Made by a program: the position numbers and the translations under genes. The notes under the pieces are model-generated. The model worked only from the letters and a program-made list of their open reading frames with translations. It was not told the origin of the DNA and did no database searches. A stretch of 36,299 nt of DNA from a virus (Duplodnaviria > Caudoviricetes), in the IMG/VR virus record IMGVR_UViG_3300037851_000010, positions 1-36,299 of that record; one strand, given 5' to 3'. This document shows, piece after piece, positions 33,517-36,299 of this stretch (position 1 is its first letter; the number at the start of each line of letters is the position of its first letter).

Positions 33517-35283
33517 GTGAAAGATATTTATACAGAGTTAGTGGGTCTTGAGGAAACCTACAAAACTGGGTCTATCGATATAGTAGATGGCCTGCCTTTT
33601 AATCAGAACAATTTAATAAAGACTATCGAATTTTACACTAACTCATCCTACCTAAACGGTGAGAAAGACGAACTCGGAAGAGATAAGCCTTTTCATAACA
33701 TTGTAAACGCCAACGTAGATATAGCTATTGTAGCTACAGACATAGATACAAAAGACATAAAGATTATGTCAAAAGACACAGGAATGAAGGGGTTTGTTAA
33801 ATCTTTCTTACTTACGAAGGAAGCTGAGCTATGGATGAGAGAAGTAAACTTCTCCAAGACATTAAACGAAATGGGTGAGTGCCGAGCTAGGTATGGTGGG
33901 CTTTTAGTTAAGAAGTGTATAGAAGGTGACCAAGTAAGGGTCGGAGTAGTCCAGTGGAAGAATGTATTTACAGATGCCTCTGATATCCTAAACAACCCGA
34001 TAGTAGAAGTTCACTACTTTACACCGAGTCAGTTGCAAGACAAATCAGATGTGTGGGATAACACCGATGAGGCTATCAAGCTATTCAAAAAGACTGATAA
34101 GAAAATTAAGGTTTATGAGATTCACGGAATGTTCCCTGAGCCATATCTAAAAGGAGATTTTTCAGATAGTGATAGTAAGTATACACAACAAGTTCATGTT
34201 TTAGCTTGTGCTGGAAAGAAATGGGTAGAGTTATTCAAAGACGAGGAGAAAGAAAATCCTTATAAATATCTAACCTGGAAATATGTGTCTGGTAGAGCAT
34301 TAGGTCGCGGAGTCGTAGAAGAAGGAATGGAAGCACAGGTATGGACTAATGACTCAGTGATGGCCGAAAGAGATATAATGGCATTATCTGGTAAACTTCT
34401 CTTACAGACTGCCTCAAAGAAATACAACGGAAGAAACGCTTTAAATGAGGTTGTTACGGGAACAATACTTGAAACAGAAGATAATAGGCCCATTACACAG
34501 GTAGATTTAACTCCAAGAACAATCCCGGTATTTGAATCTCTAGTAGACAGATGGCAGAAACAGTTTGATAGAAGCACGTCAATAACAGATTCATTAAGAG
34601 GTGAAACGCCTCCATCCGGGCAGGCATATAGACTGTCGGCTTTAGTAACTCAGCAATCAGCTTCTTCGTTTGATTATCGCAGAGAAGAGATGGGTATATT
34701 TATTAAAGAGATATTTTACGATTGGATTCTGCCACACTTATCAAAGAGGCTAAAGAAGAAGCATACACTAGATGCAGAATTTACATTAGAAGAATTAGCT
34801 TTTATAGACGAATCTTATGTGAACTACTTGACTATGAAAGAATTAGAAAAAGCTAATAAGGAAGGACGTGGGTTAGATATAATACAGATACAAGCAGAAA
34901 TGGCTAATGCCAAAGAGAAAATGACCAAGACAAAAGCCCGAAGATTCTTACAGATTCCAGAAGGTTACTTAGATGGTAAATATACAGTTGATATCGTCAC
35001 TACCGGCGAACAGATGAATAAGACTGCAACGCTTGAATCGCTTTCGAATATATTAACAGTCGTAGCTCAGAATCCGATGGTTCTACAAGATTCAGTATTA
35101 AGAGAAGTATTCGGAAGAATTGTGGAGATATCAGGATTAGGAATTAGCCCTGTTCAGTTGATGGCTAAACCTCAGCAGATGATGCAACAGCAACAGCAAG
35201 GACCGCAGGGTCAGATGGTGCAACCACAGAGTACATCGAGCCTACCTAACCCACAAGAAGTAGCACCAGAGGCACAACAATAA
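33517..35283 (+). CDS. Portal protein
   Basis: 588 aa directly after TerL; GRGVVE; Q-rich C-terminal tail. Confidence 0.8.
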   Translation: MKDIYTELVGLEETYKTGSIDIVDGLPFNQNNLIKTIEFYTNSSYLNGEKDELGRDKPFHNIVNANVDIAIVATDIDTKDIKIMSKDTGMKGFVKSFLLTKEAELWMREVNFSKTLNEMGECRARYGGLLVKKCIEGDQVRVGVVQWKNVFTDASDILNNPIVEVHYFTPSQLQDKSDVWDNTDEAIKLFKKTDKKIKVYEIHGMFPEPYLKGDFSDSDSKYTQQVHVLACAGKKWVELFKDEEKENPYKYLTWKYVSGRALGRGVVEEGMEAQVWTNDSVMAERDIMALSGKLLLQTASKKYNGRNALNEVVTGTILETEDNRPITQVDLTPRTIPVFESLVDRWQKQFDRSTSITDSLRGETPPSGQAYRLSALVTQQSASSFDYRREEMGIFIKEIFYDWILPHLSKRLKKKHTLDAEFTLEELAFIDESYVNYLTMKELEKANKEGRGLDIIQIQAEMANAKEKMTKTKARRFLQIPEGYLDGKYTVDIVTTGEQMNKTATLESLSNILTVVAQNPMVLQDSVLREVFGRIVEISGLGISPVQLMAKPQQMMQQQQQGPQGQMVQPQSTSSLPNPQEVAPEAQQ

Positions 35284-35987
35284 TGATTGATTCTAAAAGA
35301 TTAAACAGATTTATTCTTAATAAGAAGGATGCAAAATTCCGAGAGCTTGTTAGTATCGCTGACGCATTTACGAAGTTAGCTAAAGAGAAAATACCATCAG
35401 ATGCAGAGCTTAATAAGCTAATATTAACTGATCCCGAATTAGCCGAGCATATACAAATTATAAGAATATCTGATGCTATTAATAAGATATCTAAAACTGA
35501 CTTAAAAGGAGAGAAAGGAGATCGAGGTGAACCGGGTAGAGATGGAATAGACGGGGCGGATGGTCGGAATGGTGAGTCGATTGTTGGCCCACAAGGACCA
35601 CAAGGTATTCCGGGAATTAACGGCAAGAATGGTAGAGATGGTAAGCAAGGTCCTAGAGGGGAGAGAGGTCCAGCAGGATTAGATGGTAATGACGGAAAAG
35701 ATGGCAGAGATGGTAAAGACGGAATAGACGGAAAAGATGGTTCACCCGACACGCCAGAACAGATATACAAAAAGCTATCTGAACTTAAAGGCGAAGATAG
35801 AATGATTAGTAATTCTGAACTTGAGCAAGTTATTAGAGTTTTAGACCAAAGGAGCTACTTTAGTATGAACAAGGCAGCTTCTTCGCTTTCATCAACGAGG
35901 ATATTATCTGAGGTAGTAACATCAGATACAACAGTTACTATCCTTGTTAATGGAGTTGCTTATAAACTTTTAGCAAAATCAATATAA
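35283..35987 (+). CDS. Collagen triple-helix repeat protein (charged GxD type)
   Basis: KGEKGDRGEPGRDG...GKDGSPDT. Confidence 0.85.
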   Translation: MIDSKRLNRFILNKKDAKFRELVSIADAFTKLAKEKIPSDAELNKLILTDPELAEHIQIIRISDAINKISKTDLKGEKGDRGEPGRDGIDGADGRNGESIVGPQGPQGIPGINGKNGRDGKQGPRGERGPAGLDGNDGKDGRDGKDGIDGKDGSPDTPEQIYKKLSELKGEDRMISNSELEQVIRVLDQRSYFSMNKAASSLSSTRILSEVVTSDTTVTILVNGVAYKLLAKSI

Positions 35988-36299
35988 TGGCATTAAGACA
36001 AGTATTATTATATGGGGATGTTGAAGAATATAATCAAACTGAAGAGGATGCTTTAGCTTTAACGTTAGATGTAAGAAATGCAGGGAAGATAATTTATAAT
36101 ACTACACTTGATAAAACTCGTATATGGAATGGAACTGCTTTCGCAACAACAACTGCTGGTGGTAGTGGAGTTCAGGGTTCACAGGGTTCACAGGGTTCTG
36201 CCTCGACAGTACCTGGACCAACTGGTCCTACAGGACCAACAGGAGTAGGAGAACGTGGGAGCCAGGGTTCACAGGGTTCACAGGGTTCTGCCTCGACAG
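35987..36299 (+). CDS. N-terminal part of collagen-like fibre (continues at 58..575)
   Basis: TAATG overlap; open to window end; IIYNTT..WNG then GSQ/GPT repeats. Confidence 0.8.
   Translation, partial: MALRQVLLYGDVEEYNQTEEDALALTLDVRNAGKIIYNTTLDKTRIWNGTAFATTTAGGSGVQGSQGSQGSASTVPGPTGPTGPTGVGERGSQGSQGSQGSAST
36243..36299. repeat. Terminal direct repeat (copy 2)
   Basis: Identical to 1..57. Confidence 0.9.

Noticed and set aside
35246-35770. 174-aa minus-strand Pro/Ser-rich ORF
   Set aside because: Antisense shadow of collagen codons
1-36299. Alternative genetic code, diversity-generating retroelement, integrase
   Set aside because: Genes are intact under code 11 with TGA/TAG/TAA all used as stops; no reverse transcriptase, TR/VR pair or recombinase motifs seen

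Overview
The window appears to be a complete, circularly assembled ~36.2 kb tailed-phage genome with a podovirus-like layout. The first 57 nt equal the last 57 nt, and one collagen-like gene reads in frame across the join. Gene order is TerS, PBSX-type TerL, portal, two collagen-like proteins, GT2, scaffold, major capsid, a ~7 kb sugar-synthesis/glycosylation cluster, adaptor/fibre/nozzle/ejection genes, lysis (holin-like genes, M23 peptidase, CHAP), a single long minus-strand gene (metallophosphoesterase), a divergent control region, then early genes (SLT, PD-(D/E)xK nuclease, SSB, Rep/DnaC, NinG, small accessory ORFs). I recognised no integrase, repressor, DNA polymerase, tRNA or CRISPR array. 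The main candidate system is virion glycosylation: about 23% of the genome encodes a PseB-like dehydratase, a minimal DegT aminotransferase, N-formyl- and N-acetyltransferases, a PIG-L deacetylase, a methyltransferase and 4 clear plus 3 probable glycosyltransferases, co-oriented with Ser/Thr-rich GSQ/GPT collagen fibres (reminiscent of BclA/anthrose). A second layer is regulatory: leaderless extended -10 promoters, an AGCGG motif 12-15 nt upstream of four structural genes with a complementary hairpin loop, DnaA-box-like sites next to promoters, and several structured leaders. All product calls come from motif recognition by eye, with no database searches. The host (possibly Patescibacteria/CPR) is an inference only.
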